Positions 52,464 to 64,000 of a stretch of 64,000 nt of DNA are shown one piece after another; the stretch's first letter is position 1; each line of letters opens with the position of its first letter. The notes beneath the pieces were generated by a model. That model was not told the DNA's origin. It did not search any database and saw only the letters and a list, made by a program, of their open reading frames with translations. Both the position numbers and the translations under genes were made by a program. Source of the stretch: Octopus vulgaris (lineage: Eukaryota); assembly GCA_951406725.2 (NCBI GenBank), contig OX597824.1:87668001-87732000 (forward strand), given 5' to 3'.

Positions 52464-52855
52464 GCGCAGGAGTGGCTGTGTGGTAAGTAGCTTGCTAACC
52501 AACCACATGGTTCCGGGTTCAGTCCCACTGCGTGGCATCTTGGGCAAGTGTCTTCTGCTATAGCCCCGGGCCGACCAATGCCTTGTGAGTGGATTTGGTA
52601 GACGGAAACTGAAAGAAGCCTGTCGTATATATGTATATATATATATGTGTGTGTGTGTTTGTGTGTCCCCCTAGCATTGCTTGACAACCGATGCTGGTGT
52701 GTTTACGTCCCCGTCACTTAGCGGTTCGGCAAAAGAGACCAATAGAATAAGTACTGGGCTTACAAAAGAATAAGTCCCGGGGTCGAGTTGCTCGACTAAA
52801 GGCGGTGCTCCAGCATGGCCGCAGTCAAATGACTGAAACAAGTAAAAGAGTAAAA
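52464..52855 (+). mobile_element. SINE family A, full length
   Basis: Family motifs. Confidence 0.88.
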
Positions 52856-53153
52856 AGTCTCTGGGCAGAAAGCCCTCTGGAACAAACTCTTCAGTTGACA
52901 TTTGGTGACAAGCATCTCTCCAAGAATGTTCTTGCTCTTGCTTAGTTCCCTGCAGAATGCAAATATTAATTATATTATTGATCATATTTCTTGAGAACTG
53001 AGAGAACTTGCAACATTTCAAATGTCTGACAAGATATATTTATATATATTTTTTTAGATTTTATCTAGTTTCAGCTCACGAGCTGTGGCCATACTGGGGC
53101 ACCGCCATATGGGGTGACATATCTGATAAACAATGACTGCATCTGCTCATCAT

Positions 53154-53465
53154 GGAGGCGCAATGGCCCAGTGGTTAGGGCAGCGGACTCGCGGTCGGAG
53201 GATCGTGGTTTCGATTCCCAGACCGGGTGTTGTGTGTGTTTATTAAGCAAAACCACCTAAAAGCTCCATGAGGCTCTGGCAGGGGGTGGTGACGACCCCT
53301 GTTGTACTCTTTTGCCCCATCTTTCTCTCACTTGTTCTTCCTGTATCTTGAGTAACGCTGCGATAGACTGGCGTCCCGTCGAGCTGGGGGAACACATACA
53401 CCACAGAAACTGAGAAACCAGGCCCATGAACCTGGCTAGGCTTGAAAAGGGCGATGTTTTTTTAA
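53154..53465 (+). mobile_element. SINE family C with a 12-bp target-site duplication
   Basis: ATCTGCTCATCA at 53141-53152 and 53466-53477. Confidence 0.85.
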
Positions 53466-53477
53466 ATCTGCTCATCA

Positions 53478-54290
53478 ACCCTGAAAACTCTGCAGAGTCC
53501 ACTATCTTGGCACATCACCAGCCACCACAGTATATCAAGTTCTTTGTGCAGATAGTGTTGGTAGTAGATGCACTTTCTGATGCATTCCTTCTCCAAGAAA
53601 CATAGCATCATACTCCAATCTGATCAGATGGAAACTGAACAATCAGGTGCTTATAAATGATTGAGGTGATGTATGCATTTGCTACTTCTGCCCGACCTTT
53701 CAACCCATTTCTTATTGAGACTGGCCAATACTTGAAGCATCGTCCCAGTTCCTGTCTCCTAGAAGTGTAACTTGAACCAGACACCAAGCATCTTGCAAAG
53801 AACTGTCAGTTCAGTGACCCATAGCATGGCTCAATGTGGAATCCTCCAGGTGCTGAGTTGCAATACCACTGGATTGTTCTTCTTAATGCATGCTTCTAAT
53901 ACTATTTCATATTCCTGCAGTATGGTACCACCCACTTTGATTTCTAGGATATCCAAGGCTATTGTTGTCACATATATCAAATCAGCCTTCCCAAAGTCAC
54001 ATATATCAAGGTGGCCTTCCCAAAGCCTAGTCTGAGCAGGGCACTTCACAACACCTCTAATTTGTGCAGCAATAGCCCATGAGCCAAAATGTACTTGAAG
54101 GACAGGAGTGTACACTCTTGATAGTCAAGCATGTTATTCAAATTATTTTCAACAGGTAACCATTTAGCCTGATCACCACCTGTGGTGTTTCAAGACATGA
54201 TTAAGTACCATTTTTGTCACAAGCGCAAGTTTCAATACCTTTTCTAATCTTCTGAGTAGCTCCTCCACCAACTCTGATCAACTTCACTCA
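53478..54290 (-). pseudogene. Highly decayed CR1/L2-like LINE RT
   Basis: LDICDFGKAD resembles DFxKAFD; a decayed GIPQG.VLGP-like segment lies near 53810-53845; many stops. Confidence 0.5.
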
Positions 54291-54298
54291 CCATCTAC

Positions 54299-54650
54299 TT
54301 ATTACCTCTGCCTTGGAGGAGGTGGAGGTATTGTTTTCAGTTGTGTGTCTGTGGACAAGATATCTCAAGTACTGCTGGATGGATTTGGATAAAACTTTCA
54401 GGGATGTTTGGCCTCATGACTGGCACAAACTGATTAGATTTGGGGATTGATCCGGACAAGGACACTGAATTAATTTTCCTGGTTTTTACTTAATTTTTGA
54501 GAGTGGTCAGGTTCATTTTTAGTATTCTCGTTTGTGAGAGCAGTTGAGTTTATATCAGATATTCTCATTTTGAAAATCACCTCTGACTAATTGTTGCGAG
54601 GACATTGGTGTTGCCTTGGCAGAGGTTTGCGCTCTCTGAGTGCTCGTTTT
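54299..54650 (+). mobile_element. Non-autonomous element with subterminal inverted repeats and a 3' hairpin (Helentron/HINE- or CryptonV-like)
   Basis: TTATT-ACCTCTGCC (54304-54312), GGCAGAGGT (54618-54626), hairpin GCGCTC-TCT-GAGTGC (54629-54643). Confidence 0.65.
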
Positions 54651-54925
54651 AATTTTATATCATGCATTTTATGAACAAAGTTCATTGGTTATAAGCTTTC
54701 TTGGACTAGTCACTGCATTTCAAATGGCAAAAATAGCAAGCGACTGTCAGTGTAACTGTGGATTAAATACCACAAGGTATTTATGTTTGAATATACTGGC
54801 CTATACAGTAGCATAGCTAGGGAGTTGGTAAAGGGCCACTCCACCTCAGGCGATGCTTTTAAGGGGATGACACTTTTGAGTCTGCTGCATAAGCCTGTAT
54901 AGGGGGCAGGAACACACACTGTGAT

Positions 54926-54965
<40 letters not shown>

Positions 54966-54968
<3 letters not shown>

Positions 54969-55200
54969 TCATTTAACGTCCATTTTCCATGCTGGCATGG
55001 GTGGGACAGCTTGACGGTAGAGCTGGTAAGGCCAGGGGCAGTACCAGTTTCTATATTCGGTTTTGGCTTGGTTTCTACAGCTGGATACTCTTCCTAGCAC
55101 CCACCACTGTACAGAGTGCACTGGGTACTTTTTATGTGGCACCATCACCAGTGCTTTTTACGTAGAACCAGCACCAAAACCAATGCTTTTTACAAGGTAC
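54966..55200 (-). mobile_element. RTE 3' UTR fragment abutting (TA)n
   Basis: (TA)n-CATCATTTAACGTCCATTTTCCATGCTGGCATGGG. Confidence 0.75.
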
Positions 55201-56474
55201 CTTGGTTTCAGTATATATACATATAATACCCCTAAAGGCGGTGCTCCAGCATGGCCACAGTCAAATGACTAAAACAAGTAAAAGAGTAGTACACATATAT
55301 GCACTCACATGACCGACATTCACTCAGGTTCTCTTTGCCAAATTTCACTCATGAGTCACTGATCAACCCAAAGGGTATGATAGAAAACACTTGTTCAAAG
55401 TGCCATGGAATGGGGTCAAACAAAGAACCATGTAGCTGTAAGATGGACCTTCTTAACTACACAGATATTTGCCTACCATTGTCCTCTGTCTCCACTCTTG
55501 TCTCTTTAACATGTATTGCAATGATTAACATAAACTAACTGATTGAACCCACTCAATGTACCCTGCTAAACCCACTCAATGTACTCATCTTCCTGTGACC
55601 TACTCAGTTTTTTCTGAGTCACCAGAGCAAACACTAAATATTTTCCAAGCCTTTAAAATAACCCAGATTTTTCCTCCATTTAATAACTTTAAAAAAAATC
55701 CACACTGAACCTTAAACCATATCAATTTCTATTCTTAGGTCTATAAGAGAGCCATGTAAAAAAAAAAAAATACCAAAAATTCCTCTGCTCAATACTAATT
55801 GAAAAAAATGCACCCACATGCATAACATGCAAGAACAGAAAACTAATAAAAATCCTTCAGTTTTATAAAATTTTAAACGAGCAGAATATATAGGAATTTT
55901 ACTATTTACTACTTAATTTACAATTAAATTTAACAGCATAAACTTCTTATTTAATTTCATCCACTGAGATCTGTGTAAATCTTAGATTTCCTAAACTAAA
56001 TATTAAATTTCATAGGTCACTGCAAAGTGAAATAATGGAGTGAGAATGAATTGGTAAATTTAGTTATTCATATATAAATAAATTCCACATATTTCTATCC
56101 TTTCAAAAAATTCCAACGTGTCTTCTTGTCCCCCTTTCCGTCACCAACACATATCTGTGGGTGTAGTTCCGATTGAAAATTCAGTGATCTGCATGTTGAG
56201 AGAAGGGTTTAAGGAACAAGAATGTAAATGAACCTAGAGGGGAAAAAAAAATCCATAAAAGTTCTTCTAATGGGTGACTGACGAAATATTTCAGAGCATC
56301 GATGTTTTTCCTAAAGCGAAGGATCGGGAGAGAAATGGTCAGAATAATTAGACAGACACTGGGTTAAAAGGGGACAGGGATAAAACAAGGCAAATAAAAA
56401 GGGAGTGAATATGATAATGATGTTGGAAGTAAATAAGAAATATGAAGAGAATAAGAGGAAGGAAAGTGAAAGAA

Positions 56475-56508
<34 letters not shown>

Positions 56509-56838
56509 GGAAGAAGGAGGGGGGGAACAATGTAAAACATGAGATATTGAAGAATAGCAGGGAAGCAACTGAGAAATGAGGAATATAATAAAAGTAGGAG
56601 TGGAAGGAATAGCAGAGTAGGAGGCATTTTGAGGCAAGAGAGGAGACGAAAGAGAATGTGTTTAGAAACGAAAGGAAATAAAAAAAGAGAGAAAAAGAGA
56701 GAGAGAGAGAGAAAGAGAGACGCAAAGAAATGTAAAAGAGAAATGACGAAACGATTAACTTGTGCAAAGATGCAGGTCTGTGCTGTCGTGTAGAGGCCTG
56801 GAAAGAGTGACGCAAATAAAACTATAGCTGCACCAAGA

Positions 56839-58236
56839 ATGGCACTAAAAGAAAGGAGAGGAGGAGGCTTCTGGGGCTGCGACACATTCGGTCTTCGTCA
56901 CCTGCGTCCTTTATTATTAAATGTAGCCTCTGAAAACCAAACAATTAACGCGGTTGGCACTAATCTCTCAAATGCAGCCCATAACATGAACTTCGATGAC
57001 CAGAAGCCGACATCTATTGCGTATCGAGAAGACGCATCTTCAGATTCCGCAAGCATTAGTCACATTGTCTGTTCCAGAGTAACAACCGTCTCCGGAAATT
57101 CAATTGGAGAAGCAGAAGAAGAAGAAGCTACCACATTGACAAGTTGCAATAACGGTAGTGGCAGCAGAAGCAGTGGCAGAACAACCGGGAGTAACAGTGG
57201 CATCAATAATGGTAAAGTGGTTAAGTGTAGTAAAAGTTGCGATAGCGGTGTGTGTACGAGTTCTTTGTCGAACCCAGCCCATGAGAAAATAGTGTTGGCT
57301 CTGCCATCGTTGTCTCCGATATCACTGAGACCGACTTTGGAATCGGCGACACAACAACAACAAGAAGAAGAAGAAACGGTAAACAAGCGTCGTTCTTCCT
57401 CTGTGGTCGGGTTGTGGAGGCGTGGCGGAGACAGAGCAGATCTGAGAAATGTTATTACTAATGCTGGCAGCCAGCGCCGACCATCGAAGAAAACCACACG
57501 CGATCCAGTGAGGGAATTGAGGAAAACGGCCAGAAGCCGAAGAAGACTAGAGGAGGATATTAATTCTAGTAAGGTGATCATTCATAGAGCCCCGAGCAGC
57601 AGCAGCAGCGGCAGCGGCAGCAGCAGTAACAGCAGCAGCAGCTGGGCAGGAAGTCGGAGAAACATCAGCAGCAGCAGCAGCAGTGTCAGAGCCAAGATAC
57701 TATTAGGAGGAAGTGGAAGACGTCTAGGTGTGTCCCCTTCGTCTGATCCCGGTTGCAGGAACTCAAACGATCTACGCTACCATTACTATTGCCATCCCAA
57801 CACATCGCATCTGACGGTCAACCGATGTGGTAGCTGCTGTGGTAGTACGAACAGCAGCAGTAGTCATTGTGGAAATACAGTCACCAAGCACAACATTAGT
57901 AGTTACCTTAGTGACGATCTGAGTAGTAGCAGTAGTAGTAGTAGTAGTAGCAGCGGTAGTAGTAGTTGTAGCAACAGCAGTAGCTACGGCATCACCAGTA
58001 ACAGTAGTAGTGGTAGCAGCAGTAGTAGCAACAACAACAGCAGCAGTAACAGTAACAATAGTAGCAGCAGTAGCAGTAGGAGTAGCAGTAACAGTCCACA
58101 AGTCATTTACCACCACCACCACCACCACCAGCCGCCGCCGCCGCCGCCGCCGCCTCCACCGCCGCCTCCACTGTCACACAGTTGCCACAGAATTCTCCCC
58201 CGTCCCCTTCAGCAATACCAACAACAGCAGCAGCAA

Positions 58237-58274
<38 letters not shown>

Positions 58275-61200
58275 TCAGCAGCAACCTGAGAGACAGGATA
58301 CCACTTTTGCTACTCATCAGAAATTACCAACGACCCACCACGGTCGCCACCACCACCACCACCACCAACAACGCTGCTATTACTATTCCAATTCTAATTC
58401 CAGCAGTGTTGTGGGATCTCCACAGTTTACGGTGAAGGTTGTACCACTGCCCAAGGAGGAGCTTTCCCCCAGACTGCAGCAGCAGCAGCAGAACACAACA
58501 GAACCCCCTCAACTGCAGTTACTACACCCTGACAACCACAGTCACAAATACCATCATCACCATCAACATCATCAACATCATCACCAACAGCAACAGCAGC
58601 AGCAGCAGCATAATCATCATAATCATCACCAACATCAACATCATCAGCAGCATAATCACCATCATCATCGTCGTCAGCACACTTTCCCGTCGCGGTTCCA
58701 CCTCCCGTCTCCCCCGCAACCACTGCCACTGAGGTCGTTCGTCTCTTCCTCTCCCGTGTACGTGCAGCAGCTCATTCCAGCGGCGAGGGGTGAGCCCGGC
58801 AGCGCCAGAGAAGGGTGTTTCAACTGTAGCAGGAGAAGCAAAGGGAACAGCGATTCGCCACCGCAGCCGCCGCCACAGAGTAGTAGTATCATCCAACAAC
58901 GGCACCACAGCCCGGCCATTGCAGCCGACCAACGGCGTATTTCTGCGCCGCCCGATCCACAAAATGGCGACCGAGGAGGTGTCGGCGACGTTAACGACCA
59001 ACACCTCAGCCTCTTCCGTCAACGCTACAACCAGCAACAACAAATCCGACACTTTACTTTTCCCCAATATCAATCGCAGGAACACTACAACTGTAAACAC
59101 CAACAACAACTGCAACAACTACAGCTACAACAGCAGCAACAACAACAGCAACAGCATCTACAGCAACAGCAGCAACAACAACGACCCTACAACCTTTGCC
59201 ATAGCAGAGAGGAAGGAATCGAAGAAGACAGGTTTGAAGAAGGAATCGCTTACGAAAGAGACGGACGAAGAACCTATCATTTTGTTAACGCTGGTGCTGT
59301 CAGCTATTGCCGAAGGAATAACACAGCTAGCAGCTGCGGAACTGCTACAATTATTAACACACTACCAGCATCGACAACAGCCACAAAATCGGAAAATATT
59401 ACAGCCACTATCCCAATTCATTCTGTACGTCCAGCGGTCAACACTACCAGTCCGCCTGGAACCAGAGCCGTCTCCATCAGCACAAACATCACCACGGCCG
59501 GCCATCAGTGTAACAACCCTTCTGAAGGTTTTCCTTTGCACTTTTTGTCGTCATCATCGCCACCACTTGCTTCCAACAGTAGCACCACCATCGCCGTTAG
59601 TAGCACCACCTTCACAGACGTTACCACCTCCACAACAAACACCATCAACCATGTCGGTGCTTACAACAACAACAACGATTTGACCGGTCCTCCTCTGTTG
59701 CATCACCACCATCTGCATGTTCCACACCAGCCACAGCATTTCTATCACCATCAGCATCATATTCACCAGCTTCCACCTCATCGATTGCATCAACAACACT
59801 CCGCTCCTCACTTGGCGCACCAGACTTGCTGTCGTGCCCATTCTCACCAACCCAAATCGACATTGCCCACTGTCCGTTCCGGTGCCATAGTGAACAATAA
59901 TAATAGTGTTGCTAACGCCACTAACTTAACAGGTAAAAGTAAAGGCTCGGTCAGTGGCCACAGCATCACAGCAGCCCTCATCGCTGCTGCTGCCACTGCA
60001 ACCGGCACTACCACTGCTACTACTGCTATTTCTAATTTTAATCCGAAAGTCTCTCACACGAACACTGCATCCAACAAGAGCAGCAGCGTCAGTGTGTTCG
60101 ATGGCTCTGCCGATGTCCCTCCAGAATGCAACAACAGCGAAGTGATCTCCAGCCATGACACGCACTTCAACTGCTCCACCATAAGTAACAACGTGAGCAG
60201 CATACCGTCGGTGTTGTCGTCGAACCACCACCACCACCACCACCACCACCATCATCACCAGCATCAACAGCAACAGCAGCAACAACACCATCACAGTTCT
60301 ACTACGACGACGACGACAACATCCTCGAATCACCGACGGCTTTTTGGTGGCGGGGTGGGCACCAACAACAACAATGCTTTATCTCCTGAATCGGCTATGA
60401 AGCAATATATGAACAAGCTCAGTGCGTTTGAGCATCACGAGATCTTCAACTACCCCCAGGTTTATTTTGTTGGCCCCACGGCGAAGAAACGGCAAGGTAT
60501 TGTCGGTGGCAACAACAACAACGGATACGACGACGAAAACGGATCTTACCTGCACGTCCCCCACGATCACATCGCTTATCGCTATGAAGTTCTGAAAATA
60601 ATCGGCAAGGGCAGCTTTGGACAAGTGGTTAAGGCTTACGACCACAAAGCACAACAACATGTTGCTTTGAAAATGGTACGCAACGAAAAAAGGTTCCACC
60701 GACAGGCACAGGAAGAGATTCGAATCTTGGAACATTTGAAAAAACAAGATCGAGACAACAGCATGAATATTGTCCACATGTTGGAACATTTCACGTTTCG
60801 CAACCACATATGTATCACATTCGAATTGCTAAGCATGAATCTATATGAGTTAATCAAGAAGAACAAATTTCAAGGATTTACATTACAGCTTGTTCGCAAG
60901 TTCGCGCATTCAATCTTACAATGTTTAGACTCTCTTCATAACAACAGCATCATCCACTGCGACCTTAAACCTGAAAATATTTTGCTGAAACAACAAGGCC
61001 GCAGTGGGATCAAAGTCATAGACTTTGGTTCTAGTTGCTATGAACACCAGAGGATCTATACATATATCCAGTCTCGCTTCTATCGGGCTCCTGAGGTCAT
61101 CCTTGGTGGTAAGTACGGTATGCCTATTGATATATGGAGCCTCGGGTGTATCCTGGCCGAGCTTCTTACGGGCTACCCATTATTTCCAGGTGAAGATGAA

Positions 61201-61803
61201 GGGGACCAGCTAGCATGTATCATAGAAATGTTGGGAATGCCCCCGCAAAAACTGTTAGACCATTCTAAAAGAGCTCGTAATTTTATTAGCTCCAAAGGAT
61301 TTCCAAGATACTGTACAGTAAGTACCCTCCCGGACGGGTCGAGTGTCATCAACGGTGGCAGGTCGCGACGTGGTAAACCTCGAGGTTCTCCGGGAAGCAA
61401 GGAGATCATGGCTGCTTTAAAAGGTTGTGATGATCCCCTATTTTTAGACTTTATGCGTCGGTGTTTGGAATGGGATCCAAATTCTCGGATGACTCCCAGC
61501 CAGGCTCTTCGTCACGCCTGGCTGCGCAGGAGGCTGCCGAAACCACCACCGAATGAAAACAGAGACACTAACAGCATGTCAACCACTATAGCAACGATTG
61601 GTAACAACGGTACCAATACAAATGTTGGTACTTTGAATCGTAGAAACTCTACGGGAAACAATAGAAACGGTGCCGTGCCAAAACTTGCAAACGGCACCAG
61701 TTCAGGGAACAAAACTAGGCAAATCATTCCGGACGATGTGGTCATCACATCGTCCCAGTTTAATTCGCGGACAAAACTGCCCCAAATAGGATCCACTTTA
61801 TAA
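56839..61803 (+). CDS. DYRK2: Dual-specificity tyrosine-phosphorylation-regulated kinase, class II (DYRK2/3-like), 1654 aa
   Basis: NAPA region ([10 protein letters not shown]...[12 protein letters not shown]), DH box (YDDENGSY), kinase domain 60583-61524 with [22 protein letters not shown] and the YTY activation loop (61057-61065); in-frame TAG upstream at 56791; true start codon uncertain. Confidence 0.95.
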
Positions 61804-62279
61804 CAGACATAGATTTCTTTGAATGCCTGCCTGAGTGTGTGTGTATGTATGTGTGGGTTTTTTTTAATTACTTCTATAATTATTTTGTAAATTATACTTT
61901 TCTTTTTATTATTAATTACCATTACCATTATTATTATAATTATTATAATAATTATTATTATTAACTGTGTTGACTTTTTGCAGAAAGAGTAACCAAAAAA
62001 TATGTCAATTATAAAAAAAACCCAGTAAAATTACATAAAAAAACTGTTGATTAATTTAAATTTGTTGATTAATCAATTCTATTTTTATTCATTTTGGAAT
62101 AACCCTAATTAGTTGCGACCCCCACCCCCTCTCACTCAGTGAATAAGATTATTTTTTGGTGATTTAAGAAAAAAAATGATATTTATTTATTAATCATTTT
62201 TATGGTTGTACCCTTTTTTTTCCCATTATTTATGCGAGGTCTCATGTCTTTTTAAGTTCATTTTGTTGTATATGTCTAG

Positions 62280-62546
62280 ATACACACACATGTAGGAATA
62301 TATATATATAAAGTATATATATGTATATATACACACACACACACTCACATACATAAACATATACACACGTTCATGTGTGTGTGCATATATATATATATAT
62401 ATTACACACACACACACAAACATATACACATTCGTGTGTGTGTGCATATGTATATATATATATATATAATATACACACACAAACACATATAATATCTATA
62501 TATAATATATACATGAATATATATATGTACATATACAAACAATATT

Positions 62547-62617
<71 letters not shown>

Positions 62618-62642
62618 ATATATATATATAATATATATATGT

Positions 62643-62675
<33 letters not shown>

Positions 62676-62711
62676 ATATATATATGTAATATATATATAT
62701 ATATATATATA

Positions 62712-62742
<31 letters not shown>

Positions 62743-62787
62743 GTGATTATATATATATCTATGTATGTATGTATTATATATGATGTA

Positions 62788-62832
<45 letters not shown>

Positions 62833-62846
62833 TTTTATTTATTTGC

Positions 62847-62877
<31 letters not shown>

Positions 62878-62880
62878 TAT
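62280..62880. repeat. (TA/CA)n microsatellite downstream of the kinase stop
   Basis: Direct inspection. Confidence 0.9.
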
Positions 62881-63329
62881 TTCTCACTATTCATGAAATA
62901 TTTCAGTTGCATTCATGAAACTGATTGATACAAAAGACAATTTTACCGAACCGTCCACATCTAAGATCTTTAGACTTTCTCCAAAATAGAGGTTTATTTT
63001 TCAGCTATTCATATCAGGGCTCACACTTGGAGAAAATATATATCTATTTCATTTAGGTATTTGTAGGTCATTTGCTACCCTAAAAAAAAAAAGAAGAAAA
63101 CTTATATACTTCAATAACACGTTCTGCATTTCTAAAAGAAAAATCCTGCTCTAGAAAATAAATATTTATTTATTTATTTAGTTAAGCTGGAGTTTTAATT
63201 TTATTATTTATTATTCCTTGCAAAAAAAAACCCAAAAGAAACAGTTGCCTCAAAAATGAAAGAAAAATTGACAGTCCCTTTCTGAAATAATTTTAATTGC
63301 TTCCATGTATATATATATATACACACATC

Positions 63330-63363
<34 letters not shown>

Positions 63364-63431
63364 AATTTATAAATAAGGATAATATCGATATTTAAATATC
63401 GATCTTATCAAGTGGGCCAGCATGGAAATAA

Positions 63432-63564
63432 ATACCATACAAAGGTAATAATTATTTAAAACTATAAGTTAGGGTTTTGACTGCTATTTCACCATGGTGG
63501 TATCTCTCAGATACCCAAATCTATAGTTTTAAATACACACACACACACATATATATATATACAT

Positions 63565-63647
<83 letters not shown>

Positions 63648-63808
63648 CATACATATATATATGTATATATATACACACATACATACATATATATATATAT
63701 AAAATGTACATACATACATATATATATATATATATGTACATACATACATATATGATGATGTATATATATATATATATACATACATACATACATATACATA
63801 TATATACA

Positions 63809-63875
<67 letters not shown>

Positions 63876-63970
63876 CTATAAATTAGGGTATCTGGGAGAT
63901 ACCACCATGCTGAAATAGCAGTCAAAACCCTAATTTATAGTTTTAAATAATTATTACCTTTGTATGGTAT
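63432..63970. repeat. Inverted pair of ~100-bp elements (63432-63530, 63872-63970) around (TA)n
   Basis: Arms are imperfect reverse complements; each has an internal ~18-bp stem enclosing a hammerhead-like core. Confidence 0.85.
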
Positions 63971-64000
63971 ATACATACATATACATATATACACACATTA

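Noticed and set aside
57060-61928. Antisense and alternate-frame ORFs over the kinase gene
   Set aside because: Expected shadows of triplet-repeat coding sequence, with no recognisable domains

Overview
Eukaryotic, repeat-dense genomic DNA, most likely an octopus or other coleoid cephalopod. That assignment is inferred from the tRNA-derived SINE families and the very high (TA)n/(CAT)n microsatellite load, not from a database search. One convincing protein-coding gene is present: an uninterrupted 1654-codon ORF (56839-61803, +) for a class II DYRK kinase (DYRK2/3-like) with a ~1180-aa low-complexity N-terminus. The rest is mobile DNA: three SINE families, RTE and CR1-like LINE fragments (one RTE reverse transcriptase carries an internal PHD-like finger), mariner relics, and a 5-kb tandem array built inside a TTAA-flanked piggyBac-type MITE. 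The most notable unannotated signal is a set of unrelated 100-250 bp islands sitting in (TA)n runs. One folds into a canonical type I hammerhead ribozyme (37179-37277), others into variant hammerhead-like motifs, and several are arranged as fold-backs, which resembles Penelope-like pLTR or retrozyme remnants. Nearly all short ORFs in the supplied track are SINE or microsatellite artefacts. All folds and alignments were done by eye.
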